Shown here in pieces: positions 17,355 to 29,000 of a stretch of 64,000 nt of DNA. Made by a program: the position numbers and the translations under genes. The notes beneath the pieces were generated by a model. It was not told the DNA's origin. It made no database searches and saw only the letters and a program-made list of their open reading frames with translations. This DNA is from a virus (Duplodnaviria; Heunggongvirae; Uroviricota; Caudoviricetes): positions 33,363-97,362 of IMG/VR virus record IMGVR_UViG_3300025018_000115. One strand, given 5' to 3'. Numbering within the stretch: the first letter of the stretch is position 1; the number at the start of each line of letters is the position of its first letter.

Positions 17355-18428
17355 ATGGATTTATCAATTTCTGTCGTAGACAACATCACTCTTTATGATA
17401 CAGGCATCTCTTATGATGATGCCAGTTTTACGTATGATGACGTTAATTTAACATACGATGGTGACTATGCTCTTGTAGTCTTGTTTTTTGATATAACGGT
17501 TTCTGACTCAATCTCAATTAGTGAAGATGTCACGGTTACAGTTAGCACCACTGGAGTGCTAGATGTCAGTGTTTCAGATAACATAACAGTATCTGAAAGT
17601 ATCACAAATGAAGTTTTCTCATTTATATCTATTGCTGACAACATAACAATATCAGAATCAGTTCAGGAACTATTATTTAGTGAAATATCTGTTGTTGATA
17701 ACATAACAGTATCTGAAAATGTCAGCTCCTTGCTCTATATGGACATTTCTGTTGGTGATGATTTATCTCTCTCAGAAAGCATAAGTGAAATAGTAGGAAT
17801 AGATATTTCTGTTAGTGATAGCGTGACAATCTCAGAAAATGTCTCTGTTGCGATCGTTGCTGAGGCAACACTTAATGTAAGCGTCTCAGATATAATAAGC
17901 CTATCAGAAAATGTTACTGTTAGTTTTGGGGCAGTGGAAATATCTGTTTCTGATAGCCTGACGGTTTCAGAAAATGTTTCAACCGAGTTAATCTCATACA
18001 TATCTGCGGCAGATAACATAACCGTATCAGAATCAATAACTGTCAGTGGAATATTCCACGTGTCTGTTTCAGACAGTGTTACCTTATCTGAAAATATAAG
18101 TTCTCAGTTATCAGACACAAATATCTCTGTTTTTGATAGCTTTACCCTTACTGAAAGCGCTTCGGCTGTATTCCCAACTATTTTCCTTAGCGTTTCTGAC
18201 TCCTTGGTAATATCTGAATCAACTGCAGCTGTATTTATATACGAGGTCTCTGTTACTGATAACATCTCAATCACAGAGAACCTAACCATGGAGTCATTCA
18301 GATTTTCACCGTCGATATCTCGTCCTGTTGGAAAAACCAGAGATATTTCTCCTGTAGGTAGAATATCTTATATAGGAAGACCAACAGGTAGATTAGTAAA
18401 CACAAGAGGAAGAGGAAGCGTAAGTTAA
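17355..18428 (+). CDS. tandem-repeat structural protein with about 16 repeats of roughly 20 aa (ISVSDxxTVSENVS)
   Basis: The protein shows a periodic (I/V)SVSD(N/S)(I/L)T(V/I)SE(N/S)(V/I) pattern built on an approximately 60-bp DNA period. Confidence 0.55.
   Translation: MDLSISVVDNITLYDTGISYDDASFTYDDVNLTYDGDYALVVLFFDITVSDSISISEDVTVTVSTTGVLDVSVSDNITVSESITNEVFSFISIADNITISESVQELLFSEISVVDNITVSENVSSLLYMDISVGDDLSLSESISEIVGIDISVSDSVTISENVSVAIVAEATLNVSVSDIISLSENVTVSFGAVEISVSDSLTVSENVSTELISYISAADNITVSESITVSGIFHVSVSDSVTLSENISSQLSDTNISVFDSFTLTESASAVFPTIFLSVSDSLVISESTAAVFIYEVSVTDNISITENLTMESFRFSPSISRPVGKTRDISPVGRISYIGRPTGRLVNTRGRGSVS
17490..18290 (+). repeat. approximately 60-bp coding tandem repeats
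   Basis: The repeated block GTTTCTGA(C/T)AG(C/T)...ACAGTATCTGAAA.. is visible across this span. Confidence 0.55.
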
Positions 18429-18435
18429 AAATAGG

Positions 18436-18452
18436 TAGGACTATGGTAGAAT
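18436..18452 (+). promoter_or_regulatory. extended -10 promoter TAGGACTATGGTAGAAT
   Basis: Same motif family, upstream of the 18473 ORF. Confidence 0.45.
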
Positions 18453-18472
18453 ATATCTAATAATATACAAAT

Positions 18473-19612
18473 ATGGCAATAACACTTGAAGCAGATAATC
18501 GAACATTAATACAGGCAAATAAGTACACTTATTTGGTTAAAAATTATTCATCAGGAATAGCATCTTTTTCTGTTTTAAATGCAACAGATACTAGTTTCGC
18601 CGCTGATGCCTTTATTTTACTTGGAAACTTTGGCGCAGAAAGCGCTGAAATTCTAAAGATATCAACAGTAAATAGCACTACTGGAGTTATTGAGACAGCA
18701 TCTTCTACAAAATTCGCCCATCCTGAGAGCACAAAAGTAACAATAATACCTTACGATCAGATTAGATTTTTCCACACAACAACGACCACTTTCGGAACAG
18801 GAACACCCCTTACTGGATATGTTGATTTGCAACCTAGCGACTGGTTCACAACATATATAGATGGAACATACTCAACGGGGTATGGATGGTACACCTTCTA
18901 TAACTCAGTTACAGCAGACCTGTCTCAAGAATCAAACGCAATTCCATATGCTGGTTTTGATACCAATACCACAGAAAACATACTTGAGGACTTCTTTAGC
19001 ATGCTAAGTAACAACGAACTAAAGCTTGTCACAAGAGATGATGCTCTGAGTTGGGCATCTGAAGCATATGGAAGAATGAGGAATAAGCTCAACTTAACAA
19101 ATGTTGAATACACCAGTTCAGATGTTGGGACATTCTCTGTTACCTCAGGTACGATTGAATATGATTTGCCTACTGATTTTGATCACATGATATCAATAAT
19201 GTATGGATTAGATCAGACTGATTTCGGAGCTACTGGAGATAAAAACCCAATAGACTTCATTAACCTGCGAGATGCATATCTTTATAACGGCACGGTCCCT
19301 AGGTATTACATAAGAGGCGCTAAGATTGGCTTTCTTCCTACGCCAGGGGCAGATGTGAGTTATAATTATATTTACCAAAAAAAGGCTAGTCGCCTAACAC
19401 TTAATACTGATGAAGTAGACCTACCAAATGGCGGAGAATACGTTATTAAGGACTATATGCTTTATCGAGCATATAAGAAGTTCCCAAACCTACAACAAAG
19501 TAAAGAGTCCTATAGTGATTTTACAGAAGGGCTAAATGACATGATTATTTCTTCTGTGAAGAGAGATGCAAACCTTGATACTTGGGGGATTTCACCAGAG
19601 GCGAACGTTTAA
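18473..19612 (+). CDS. hypothetical virion protein
   Basis: A 379-aa ORF in the structural block. Confidence 0.5.
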   Translation: MAITLEADNRTLIQANKYTYLVKNYSSGIASFSVLNATDTSFAADAFILLGNFGAESAEILKISTVNSTTGVIETASSTKFAHPESTKVTIIPYDQIRFFHTTTTTFGTGTPLTGYVDLQPSDWFTTYIDGTYSTGYGWYTFYNSVTADLSQESNAIPYAGFDTNTTENILEDFFSMLSNNELKLVTRDDALSWASEAYGRMRNKLNLTNVEYTSSDVGTFSVTSGTIEYDLPTDFDHMISIMYGLDQTDFGATGDKNPIDFINLRDAYLYNGTVPRYYIRGAKIGFLPTPGADVSYNYIYQKKASRLTLNTDEVDLPNGGEYVIKDYMLYRAYKKFPNLQQSKESYSDFTEGLNDMIISSVKRDANLDTWGISPEANV

Positions 19613-19623
19613 AATAAAACACA

Positions 19624-21570
19624 ATGCAAAAACCAGGTAGTGGAGAAAAACGCATAGACATTCCATACTTTGAAGGCGTTAACGGCCTGGTGTCTTTTGT
19701 CGTTAGCAAGAAAACAGAATTATATCATGCTGAGAATGCAAGATCTAAAACAATAGGTTCAATAGAAAAAAGAGAAGGACAAACGGTCCTGGGAACAAAC
19801 ACGAGTAACAAACCTTTTGTAACTGGTGCTAACTATGCCTTATTCCCATTTAGGAATACAAATAACCAGGGTCTCTACAGGATAAGTGAAGCAGAAAACT
19901 CAACTATATCTGTTAATGTTTCAGATACTATTTTTGGGTCTGACTTTATTGAGTTAGAAGGAGGAACATCAATAATTGATTATTCTCTTGTTGTGGCTGA
20001 CTCAATTCAAGTAGACGAACAGGTTAATGAAAATCCAGGTGGGCTTTCTACCATATATGCATTAAATGCTGCTAACCAATGGAGCCCTTTAACTGGGAGT
20101 GGCGCAAGTATTCCAAGTGGGATTTATGATTCAACATATGCTGAGGGGAACGCCTTCCTGGTGAATTTTAATTCAAACAATAGATACATAAAACCAGATG
20201 GTATAACAGTCGTTGATTCTACGAGCGGTAGTGGACATTTATATAATACCCCGCCAGCTTCTAGAATAAACTTTTATAAAAATAGGTTGTATTTGGCTGA
20301 TTTTGTTAGACAGGGAGTTAGATACAAAACAACTGTACTAAGATCATCATACCCAATGGGTATAATTTCTCTAGTAAACTCCGACTATACCGCACTAGCA
20401 TCAGGGTCAACAATTGATGTAACTGACACAAAATTCTTTTATTCAGATTCAGGGGCAAATTCGTATGATATTTACAGAGGAGGAACAAAGATTACAACAA
20501 TAACTGTCACAACCATTAATGAGACAAGTATAGTTGCAACATGGTCTGGGACACCTAATCTTTTGGCTAGTGATGAAATTTGGATAGCTGGGACATATAA
20601 TGGAGAGAAAATCTTCAGGTGGGTAAACAACCCATCCATATCAGGAAAAGACGTTAAACAGTATGACACGTTCAAGTTAGCAGGTGGAGAAAACGATGAG
20701 ATAACTATGTTGACAAACATAGGAAATGTTATGCTAATATCAAACAGATCAAACCTATCATCGTGGAATGACTATGTGCTAGAAAACTTCGATTTTGACA
20801 TTGGATGTGTTTCAAAACGTGGCTACGTTAAAAGCAAAGGAATTCTATTCTTCCTGCACTACACTGGTATTTACACAACAAGTGGTGGAGTCCCAAGAAT
20901 CGTATCTAACAAGGTTGAAAGATATATAAACGGAGCAACAAAATCTGGCAAGGAAAATTCTGCAGCAGGTAAAAAGGGACAGAGTGTATTCTTCACACTA
21001 GGAGATGTTACATTATACAAACCAGATGGGTCTCTTGAGAAGGTTTTAGAAGACGTATGTCTTGAGTTCAATCTTGTTCAAGAAAACTGGTTTGTGCACA
21101 CAAACGTTAAATCAGATCAATTTACCACTTTCCTCGAAGAAGCTGACTCAGATAGGCTTGAATTTACTGACAATGCTGGGGATCATGCTGTAAAAGAATT
21201 TTTAAGCGGAGAAACCGATGATGGAACAGAAATACATATGAGGTTTGACACCATGAAATTCACACCACAAAGTGATTTCGAAAATTCAATAAATCCAATT
21301 GCATTACTTACAGATGTTGAAAGGGGATCTAATATGGAAGTTTTCGTTAATCTAGAAAACGAAGAAGAGTATTATGCAGTAGAAGGAAACGTAGTAAAAG
21401 GTCTTTCTGTCATAAAGATAACTAACAAAGATGACCAGAGGGGGAAACCTCCTGTTTGTAGATTAATTTCAGTGTCTCTTAGGGATTCGTCACCTCAGAG
21501 ATGTAAAATAAATAGAATGAGTCTGATCTACCTTCCAACCACAGATGAGACTCCTCAAAACGAAGGATAA
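19624..21570 (+). CDS. hypothetical large virion protein
   Basis: A 648-aa ORF. Confidence 0.5.
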   Translation: MQKPGSGEKRIDIPYFEGVNGLVSFVVSKKTELYHAENARSKTIGSIEKREGQTVLGTNTSNKPFVTGANYALFPFRNTNNQGLYRISEAENSTISVNVSDTIFGSDFIELEGGTSIIDYSLVVADSIQVDEQVNENPGGLSTIYALNAANQWSPLTGSGASIPSGIYDSTYAEGNAFLVNFNSNNRYIKPDGITVVDSTSGSGHLYNTPPASRINFYKNRLYLADFVRQGVRYKTTVLRSSYPMGIISLVNSDYTALASGSTIDVTDTKFFYSDSGANSYDIYRGGTKITTITVTTINETSIVATWSGTPNLLASDEIWIAGTYNGEKIFRWVNNPSISGKDVKQYDTFKLAGGENDEITMLTNIGNVMLISNRSNLSSWNDYVLENFDFDIGCVSKRGYVKSKGILFFLHYTGIYTTSGGVPRIVSNKVERYINGATKSGKENSAAGKKGQSVFFTLGDVTLYKPDGSLEKVLEDVCLEFNLVQENWFVHTNVKSDQFTTFLEEADSDRLEFTDNAGDHAVKEFLSGETDDGTEIHMRFDTMKFTPQSDFENSINPIALLTDVERGSNMEVFVNLENEEEYYAVEGNVVKGLSVIKITNKDDQRGKPPVCRLISVSLRDSSPQRCKINRMSLIYLPTTDETPQNEG

Positions 21571-21580
21571 AAATAAGACC

Positions 21581-24500
21581 ATGGCAAGCAACAACTCAAA
21601 AGATTACAGCCAAATAGAGCGACCATATGATGTGTTACTTGAAAGAACACAGACCCCTACGTACCCGAATCAAAGTGACCCTAACATACAAAACGGAAGT
21701 GATCAGAGCAGTCTATCAGCAGAACAAACATATGGAAGTGGAGCAAATGGAAATGTAGAAGACCAACCTGTCAAAAGTGACGGCGCAATGGGGGACGTAT
21801 GGATTGATAATTTTATCAGATCAAAAAATTGGAAACCTAAAAGCGTCGGATTCTACATAGATGGACAGACTGGATATGCTGAATTCTCAAATGTCTTTGT
21901 TAGTGGAAACATAGAAGCCCTTTCTGGAACAATAGGAGGATTTACAATTGGAGATACTGATTTAACTGCAACAGACGGTGTTAACACAACGATACTTTCA
22001 TCTGGCGCGACTGCATTTAGTGCAGGACCAACTGGTTTTCCTACAGTAACAATTACTCAAGATGGAGTTCTGACTGCCACTGGCGCAAGTATTACTGGTT
22101 CATTTACAGCAACATCAGGCTCAATAGGAGGTTTTGATATAGGTGCGGATTATGTTCGAGACTCTGCAGATAGCATGGGGATGGCTTCCACCGTAACCGT
22201 TGGAGATGATGTTAGGTTCTGGGCGGGGGACACATACGCCAACAGAGCAACGGCACCTTTCAGTGTGACTGAGGCCGGTGTTGTTTCTGCATCAAATATA
22301 ACAATTACAGGAGGCTCAGTAAGCGGAGTTCCAATTTTTAATATTCCAAACGATTCAAACACAGACATATCTTTACTTGAAAAAACTTATGATATGGTAT
22401 TTTCTGTTACAGACGCAGATACAATAGCGTGGACGTCAGGGACAATTACTTTAAGTAACGGAAGAACATTTGCTATAGACGCAGGTAATACAGGAAATAT
22501 GGTTGCCTTAAGTTACATATACCTAGACCCAGCAACTTCAGAAACAGTCTTACAGGTTACAACAACATACTCAACAGCTATTGGTGCAGATAAGATTCTA
22601 ATTGGTACAGCTGAGAACGGAAGCATTACAGCTTACTTTATTCCTTATGGTCCTGGACAGGCTTTAATAAACGGAGATTCAATAGGAGCACTTTCTATTG
22701 TTGCGGGTAACATAGCCACAGGAACAATAACCGCAGGTAAAATGAATGTGTCTGAGCTGTCAGCAATCGCAGCAGACTTGGGAACAATAACAGCGGGAAG
22801 TGTGAGTGTTGTATCTGGAGCAAATACAATAGGACTAACTCCACTTGGAACATATGCAATCTTCTCAGGAACAACAGGCTCACCTGAGTTTAGAGTAACT
22901 CCAGGAGGAGTGTTAACTGCAACGGGAGCGACCATTAGCGGAAACATAACAGCAACAACAGGTGCTATTGGGGGTTTTGATGTTGGGTCTGACTATATCA
23001 GGGACTCCGCAAACTCATTCGGACTTTCATCAACTGTAACTGGTGGAAATGATGTCAGATTCTGGGCTGGAGATACATATGCAAATAGAGACATCGCATC
23101 TCTTAGAATATATGAATCAGGAGACTTCACCATGGATTATGGAGCAGACATTTCCTTATTACAGGGGGGGAATATTAATTTTACTTCTGTTACTGATGCT
23201 GGTGCTTGTACAGCAGCTCTTATTGCCACAGGAACAGGGAACGTAGACGACGGTACGCACTTATACAAAATTACATTTGTTAATGCTGTTGGAGAAACGC
23301 AATTAAGTACTGCTTCAAATACAGTTACAGTAGACCCATCTAATAAACAAGTCAGTTTAACGGGGATAGAGTTGAGTACGTCAAATAGTGTTATAAGTAG
23401 AAAAATATACAGGACAAAAGCAGGGGCATCAAGTACTTATTATTATTTAGATACAATTTCAGATAACACCACAACAACCTACACAGATAACATAGCTGAC
23501 TCTAGTTTAGGAATAAACTCAACCTTCAGAGAAAATGACACACTTGGTAAAATATTGGTGGATGGTGTAGAGAGCTTAACTCTTGGACCAGACAGTGTTT
23601 ATGTCGGTAGATATGCTGGAGATTCTATGACGACTGGATTCAATAACACAGGTATTGGTAAATTTTCACTTTACGGTCTCACGTCAGGGTATCAGAATGT
23701 TGCTATAGGAAATAGTTCTTTGTTCCAGACAACTACTGGGAGAGACAACACTGCTGTTGGGTGGGGAGCTTTAAGTGGTAATATCACAGGAGATTTTAAT
23801 ACCGCAGTTGGGACAAGTGCTCTTGGGAGTGCAACAGGAGAAAGAAACATTGCTATTGGACATTATGCAGGATTACATGAAACAGGTTCTAACTCTTTTT
23901 ATGTAGATTCTTATAACAGAAACAATACCGCAGGAGACAAAGCAGGCGCCTTGCTTTACGGGACAATCGACATAACCCCAGCTAATCAGACACTTATGGT
24001 AAATGGAGTGCTTTCAACATCATCAGTTGGAAACTCTGCAGGTAATGTACTAACAACTGATGGTACGCAAACATTAACTAATAAGACAATAACAGCACCC
24101 GAAATTTCAACAATAGAACTAGGTCATGCTTCAGATACCACATTGTCCCGTTCTTCTGCTGGGGTGCTTGCTGTTGAGGGAGTTGCCGTACCAACCATTT
24201 CAAGTACAGATACACTTACCAATAAGACAATCGTTCATAAAAATGGTGCTTTCAAGACATCAGACGAAACCATTAATAACAGTTCAACAACCCAAGATGA
24301 TGATGAATTGTTTATAGCAATTGGGGCTAGTGATACATGGTCATTTGATATTGATTTGATATACGACACAGGAACTACACCAGATATAAAATTTGCAGTT
24401 AGCGTTCCAACGGGGGCAACGGGCTTGTGGTCTTTTGTTGATTCTTCATCAAACGTCACTCACTCAACTGATGGTGTTTCGACGGGGTTCAGTCCTGGTG

Positions 24501-24658
24501 GTGGGGCCGGGTTCATTAGACAGGTAAGGATAACTGGTTATGTTATTAATTCAACAAATACAGGAAATATAACATTAAGATGGGCACAAAATACAGCTGA
24601 CGCTTCAGACACAATAGTAAAGGCCGGAAGTAGGTTTGTTGGTATTAGATTATCATAG
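21581..24658 (+). CDS. tail fibre protein with internal duplicated domain and NKTI-type fibre repeats
   Basis: GGFDIGADYVRDSADSMG...VRFWAGDTYANR is duplicated. The C-terminus carries TLTNKTITAP and TLTNKTIVHK repeats. The ATG at 21581 follows the upstream stop, whereas the track start at 21545 overlaps the upstream gene. Confidence 0.6.
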   Translation: MASNNSKDYSQIERPYDVLLERTQTPTYPNQSDPNIQNGSDQSSLSAEQTYGSGANGNVEDQPVKSDGAMGDVWIDNFIRSKNWKPKSVGFYIDGQTGYAEFSNVFVSGNIEALSGTIGGFTIGDTDLTATDGVNTTILSSGATAFSAGPTGFPTVTITQDGVLTATGASITGSFTATSGSIGGFDIGADYVRDSADSMGMASTVTVGDDVRFWAGDTYANRATAPFSVTEAGVVSASNITITGGSVSGVPIFNIPNDSNTDISLLEKTYDMVFSVTDADTIAWTSGTITLSNGRTFAIDAGNTGNMVALSYIYLDPATSETVLQVTTTYSTAIGADKILIGTAENGSITAYFIPYGPGQALINGDSIGALSIVAGNIATGTITAGKMNVSELSAIAADLGTITAGSVSVVSGANTIGLTPLGTYAIFSGTTGSPEFRVTPGGVLTATGATISGNITATTGAIGGFDVGSDYIRDSANSFGLSSTVTGGNDVRFWAGDTYANRDIASLRIYESGDFTMDYGADISLLQGGNINFTSVTDAGACTAALIATGTGNVDDGTHLYKITFVNAVGETQLSTASNTVTVDPSNKQVSLTGIELSTSNSVISRKIYRTKAGASSTYYYLDTISDNTTTTYTDNIADSSLGINSTFRENDTLGKILVDGVESLTLGPDSVYVGRYAGDSMTTGFNNTGIGKFSLYGLTSGYQNVAIGNSSLFQTTTGRDNTAVGWGALSGNITGDFNTAVGTSALGSATGERNIAIGHYAGLHETGSNSFYVDSYNRNNTAGDKAGALLYGTIDITPANQTLMVNGVLSTSSVGNSAGNVLTTDGTQTLTNKTITAPEISTIELGHASDTTLSRSSAGVLAVEGVAVPTISSTDTLTNKTIVHKNGAFKTSDETINNSSTTQDDDELFIAIGASDTWSFDIDLIYDTGTTPDIKFAVSVPTGATGLWSFVDSSSNVTHSTDGVSTGFSPGGGAGFIRQVRITGYVINSTNTGNITLRWAQNTADASDTIVKAGSRFVGIRLS

Positions 24659-24663
24659 ATCGT

Positions 24664-24674
24664 ATGGTATAATA
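24664..24674 (+). promoter_or_regulatory. extended -10 TATGGTATAAT with TTAGAT -35-like element 17 nt upstream
   Basis: GTATTAGATTATCATAGATCGTATGGTATAAT. Confidence 0.5.
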
Positions 24675-24702
24675 TCAATTAATTAATAATAATATATAAA
24701 AT

Positions 24703-24960
24703 ATGAAAGACGTAAAAAATGGGAAGGAAAAAAAAGTTAAGGCAGATGATACAAAACCAGCGGTTACTACAGACCTTAAGAGTGAAACAACTCCAAAAGA
24801 AGTAAAAACAGAAGAGAAAGCACCTGTCCCAAAAATGAGACAAATCATAATTGAAACCGATGGAAGCAATATATCATTGGCAAAAGCCGAGGTACTTAGT
24901 AGGATAGAACTCATTGCTATTCTAGAAAACATGCTTAGACACTTGAACCAGGCTAAATAA
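24703..24960 (+). CDS. small Lys/Glu-rich protein
   Basis: An 85-aa ORF. Confidence 0.4.
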   Translation: MKDVKNGKEKKVKADDTKPAVTTDLKSETTPKEVKTEEKAPVPKMRQIIIETDGSNISLAKAEVLSRIELIAILENMLRHLNQAK

Positions 24961-24977
24961 AAGGACTTTGCTATAAT
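24961..24977 (+). promoter_or_regulatory. extended -10 promoter AAGGACTTTGCTATAAT
   Basis: Same motif family, upstream of the 25003 ORF. Confidence 0.45.
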
Positions 24978-25002
24978 GAGTTCATATCTAAATTAAAAGA
25001 AA

Positions 25003-26070
25003 ATGTCTATAAAATCTGGACTCGGTAAAACTGAAAAATACCAAGGAATGGCAAAAACCGTAAGGGAAACTGCCAATAAGCCTGAGGAACCACGCATCAC
25101 ACCAGAACAGGTTGATGCTGCTTTCAGGTCTTTTGGTTTTGTTCCTAATGAGAGAGGTCACAATGATATTGGCTACTGGACAACAAGAGGTCAGTCTGAA
25201 GGCGCCAAATTAATGGAAGAATTAAGAAAAAGAAGAATCGAAGAGAACAAAAAGACAGACAGCCAAGCCGCTGAACACGAGTCTATTCAAAAGACTATTA
25301 ACGATTCCAAAAGAACTCTGCCAAGGCTTAATGATGATGAAATAACCGCTTTATATGATGAATACGGGCTCCCTGTCCCAGACCCTGCTTGGGTTAGAGA
25401 AAACTTACCGAACGACCCAAAGAAAATAAGGGCTATTTTGGAAACACAAAGAAAAACGGCTGATGACATGGAAAAGAAACAAGCTAAAAATGCAGTTAAT
25501 TCAATTCAATCTACACCGCAAAATGTGGCGATGCCTCAGAAACAACAGCAACCAATGATGGGGATGGGTGGTCCAACACCTGCTATGCCAGATATGCTTG
25601 GTGGATCAGAAGGAGAAGCAGTAACACCGTTCTTCGTCGGTGATCATGCTCTGGTTAAGATAACTAATCCAAACAACCCAAATGCCGGCACACTATGGCT
25701 AGCAGATAGTAAAAAGAAGGTGTTGAGACCAATATCTTCTATGAAAATAATAGAGAACGCTTTTGAAGATCCTCAGGCTGCTATCGAATCTATTACAACA
25801 GTTTCTTCACGAGCACTTGCGCCAGGAGGAGCACTGGAAGGATTTACTCCATTAAACCAAGACAAGGCATTAAAAGACGATGGTTCAATGGATAACATTG
25901 ATTTTAGTCCTGCACAATTAAAAACACCGTATGGAGGAGTTGAAGCAGATCCACAAGAACACCAGAGAGCTTTATCTGCATTAGACGGTTTGTTTGGAAA
26001 GATAAAATCACAAGGAGGAGTTTCTGGGCAAAATCCAGATATTACTCAGAATACAAATAATATAGGATAA
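25003..26070 (+). CDS. hypothetical protein
   Basis: A 355-aa ORF. Confidence 0.5.
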   Translation: MSIKSGLGKTEKYQGMAKTVRETANKPEEPRITPEQVDAAFRSFGFVPNERGHNDIGYWTTRGQSEGAKLMEELRKRRIEENKKTDSQAAEHESIQKTINDSKRTLPRLNDDEITALYDEYGLPVPDPAWVRENLPNDPKKIRAILETQRKTADDMEKKQAKNAVNSIQSTPQNVAMPQKQQQPMMGMGGPTPAMPDMLGGSEGEAVTPFFVGDHALVKITNPNNPNAGTLWLADSKKKVLRPISSMKIIENAFEDPQAAIESITTVSSRALAPGGALEGFTPLNQDKALKDDGSMDNIDFSPAQLKTPYGGVEADPQEHQRALSALDGLFGKIKSQGGVSGQNPDITQNTNNIG

Positions 26071-26076
26071 AAAACT

Positions 26077-29000
26077 ATGGCTAATATAGGACAAACACAA
26101 TTTTATAAAGTGACTCAAAACGGTGTAGACACATACACATCTTTGCCATGGGCAGGGAATGTTCCTTATGGTTATACACCTATTTCACAAGAACAATATG
26201 TCCAGGGCTTAAATAGTAAGATCAAAGAGGCTCAGGATTTCATAGATAAGTATGAACAAAAAAACGGAAGTCTTTCATGGACCCCTAAAGACAAAACAAA
26301 CTGGAAAGGAAATAATTATGTGGGCGCTACATATAATCAGAGAGATATAGATAATTTCAAGGCGCAGATAGCACAGGCTCCAGCCGTTGCACAGCAAATG
26401 GACCCATCAATGGCTAAGTTCAAGCCAAATGCTCCTACAACATCAGAACAATACTATACAGATGAATATAGAGCATCTTTGCCAGTTCAGGAACAGGAAA
26501 GACTGAATAAGTTATACGGACAAACTAATGCTATTGTATCTAACGCAGGGACAACTAATGCTAACGAGGTAACTCCTGGTAATTTTGCTAATTCTAACGT
26601 TAAAAAACCAGATGGCGTCGGTAGCACGGTTTATTACAAAACCCCTAATGCCGGAACGTCTAACGAGTATGTAGCAGTACCGTACTCTGGGAATGTTCCT
26701 TATGGTTATCAAGAAATAACACAAGAACAGTATGTTAAGGGCATGCAGGATAAAATAGCAGAAGCACAGAACTTTCAGAAAAATTATATGACCGGAACTG
26801 AGTACATGAAAACTCATCCTGGTGAAAGAAAAACAGCCACTGGATACTATGATTCAAATGGCCGGCAGTTTATAGGTCAAGCATATAACAGTGAAATGAT
26901 TAATGACCTGCAAAATAAACTTGCACAAGTACAGTCTAACGCAAACTTAAACACAATGGGATATGTAGCAGACCCAGTTACAGGAAAACTAACAACACAA
27001 TCTTCTCTGGACCAAAAAGCGGAACTGCAAGCAGGTGTTGCTAACGGTACTATGAGAGAAATATCTCCAGGTGTATATGTCCCAGTAGGAAGTCCTGCTG
27101 ATCAAAATTTTTTAGGACAAACCCCAGCGACAGGTCAGACAGCTAACGCTGGGGGTATTCAAGGTGGACCAGGGGTCGCCTCAAACATGGGCCCTGGGTC
27201 AACAGGAGCAGATGTTCAAAGATTACAACAATGGCTGGTATCCCAAGGCTATATGACACAGGACCAGATGAATACTGGACCAGGGACATATGGCCCACAG
27301 ACAACAGCGGCAGTAGCGGCATGGCAAAATGCAAGTGGAATTGACACACAAGGTAACCCTGGTTACTTTGGGCCAATTTCAAGAAGTTTTTTTGCTAGTG
27401 GTAACGCAGGAACTCCAGGAACAACTCCAGGAACAACTCCAGGAACAACTCCAGGAACAACTCCTACAAATGCTTTTGATAATCCAACGTCAGGAACAAC
27501 TCCAGGAAATACAACGGGAACAACTTCTGGAGCTGCAACCGGAATAACTGATCCAGGAGTTTCTTCAAACATGGGCCCAGGCTCAACAGGTGAGGATGTA
27601 AAAAGACTACAACAGTGGCTTATTTCTCAAGGATATATGACCCAAGCACAAATGGACACAGGCCCTGGTACTTACGGACCACAGACAACCGCAGCTGTTG
27701 CAGCATGGCAAAACGCAAACGGAATTGACACACAAGGTAACCCCGGTTACTTTGGACCAATTTCACGTACCTTTATCACTAACTCAGCTAATTCAGCTGG
27801 ACCCAATGCTGGAGGAACTACGCCGGGTGACACAACGGGAGGAACACCAGGTGATACAACAGGAGGAACACCAGGTGATACAACAGGAGGAACACCAGGT
27901 GATACAACAGGTGGAACTAATACAGGAGGAACCAATACAGGAGGAACCAATACAGGAGGAACCGACACTGGTGCCGGAACAGATACTGGAGCGGGCACAG
28001 GGAATGCCTTTGACGACCCAGGCACAACAACAACATCTGCTTACGGATACGGATTAAATGATAAGCCCGACGACTCTGCTGCATTCACAGAAGAAAGATT
28101 TATACAAAAAGTAGCTGGTGATAAAGGAATCGTAAGTTCTGCTTTTTTAGACACATTAGGAAGTGATGTCATTGCATTTTATGTTAGAGCTCTAACGAGC
28201 CGTGGCGGTTATACTCTTGGCGATGTTTTAAATGATATGAAGCGAAGAGAAATGGCTTCTCAGGGTAATGAAGCCGCAAAAAACCTAAAGATAATTGACC
28301 CAGAAATGAGTCGTTCTGAATATCTAGCAACAGCAGAAGGGCAAAAATCAATCAATGATACTGCATCAATGATACCAACCTCTAGCTTACAAGGACTTCT
28401 TGATCCTGAAATTTTGAAATACGGGTCTAATATCCCAGAGGAATTATTCAAGACACTTGTTCCTATTTTAGATAAAGACTCACAGGAATTTAAAGATGCT
28501 GTAGCAAATATCAAATCAGCATATTACGACCTAGCCAACCAACAATTACAGGCATCTACAGAACAAGAAAAAGCAGTTGCTGATTACAACTATCAGCAGT
28601 TTAAAGATCAATTAAACCGTTCTTATGGTATTGCTCTTAGTGATGACGCGACAAAAGCATGGGCACAAATAGAAGGATTGCAAGACACAATGGCGTCTAG
28701 AGGTATATCAGGAAGTGGTATAGAATCAGAAGGTATCGACTCTGCGCTAAGACAGACCAGAATGCAAGACCAGAGACTAAGACAAGAGAAACTAACAAAA
28801 GAAGAGCAAGAAATGGCAGCACAATACATGACCTCTGCTACCCCTGCTCAAATAAAGGCTCTAAACGATGAAGACGCCGCAAAAGGATTACCAAAAGACC
28901 TGTGGCGTGCTGTTAAATGGGGGTTGGTTCCATCGGATGATGTTTTGGCGCAATACGACATGGCTGCTTTGAAAGAAAGATATCCAGATCAATCTGAAGA

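Noticed and set aside
17490-18290. Regular 60-bp tandem repeats considered as a possible CRISPR-like or non-coding array
   Set aside because: The repeats are in frame within a continuous ORF and have no spacer-and-repeat architecture. They are coding tandem repeats.
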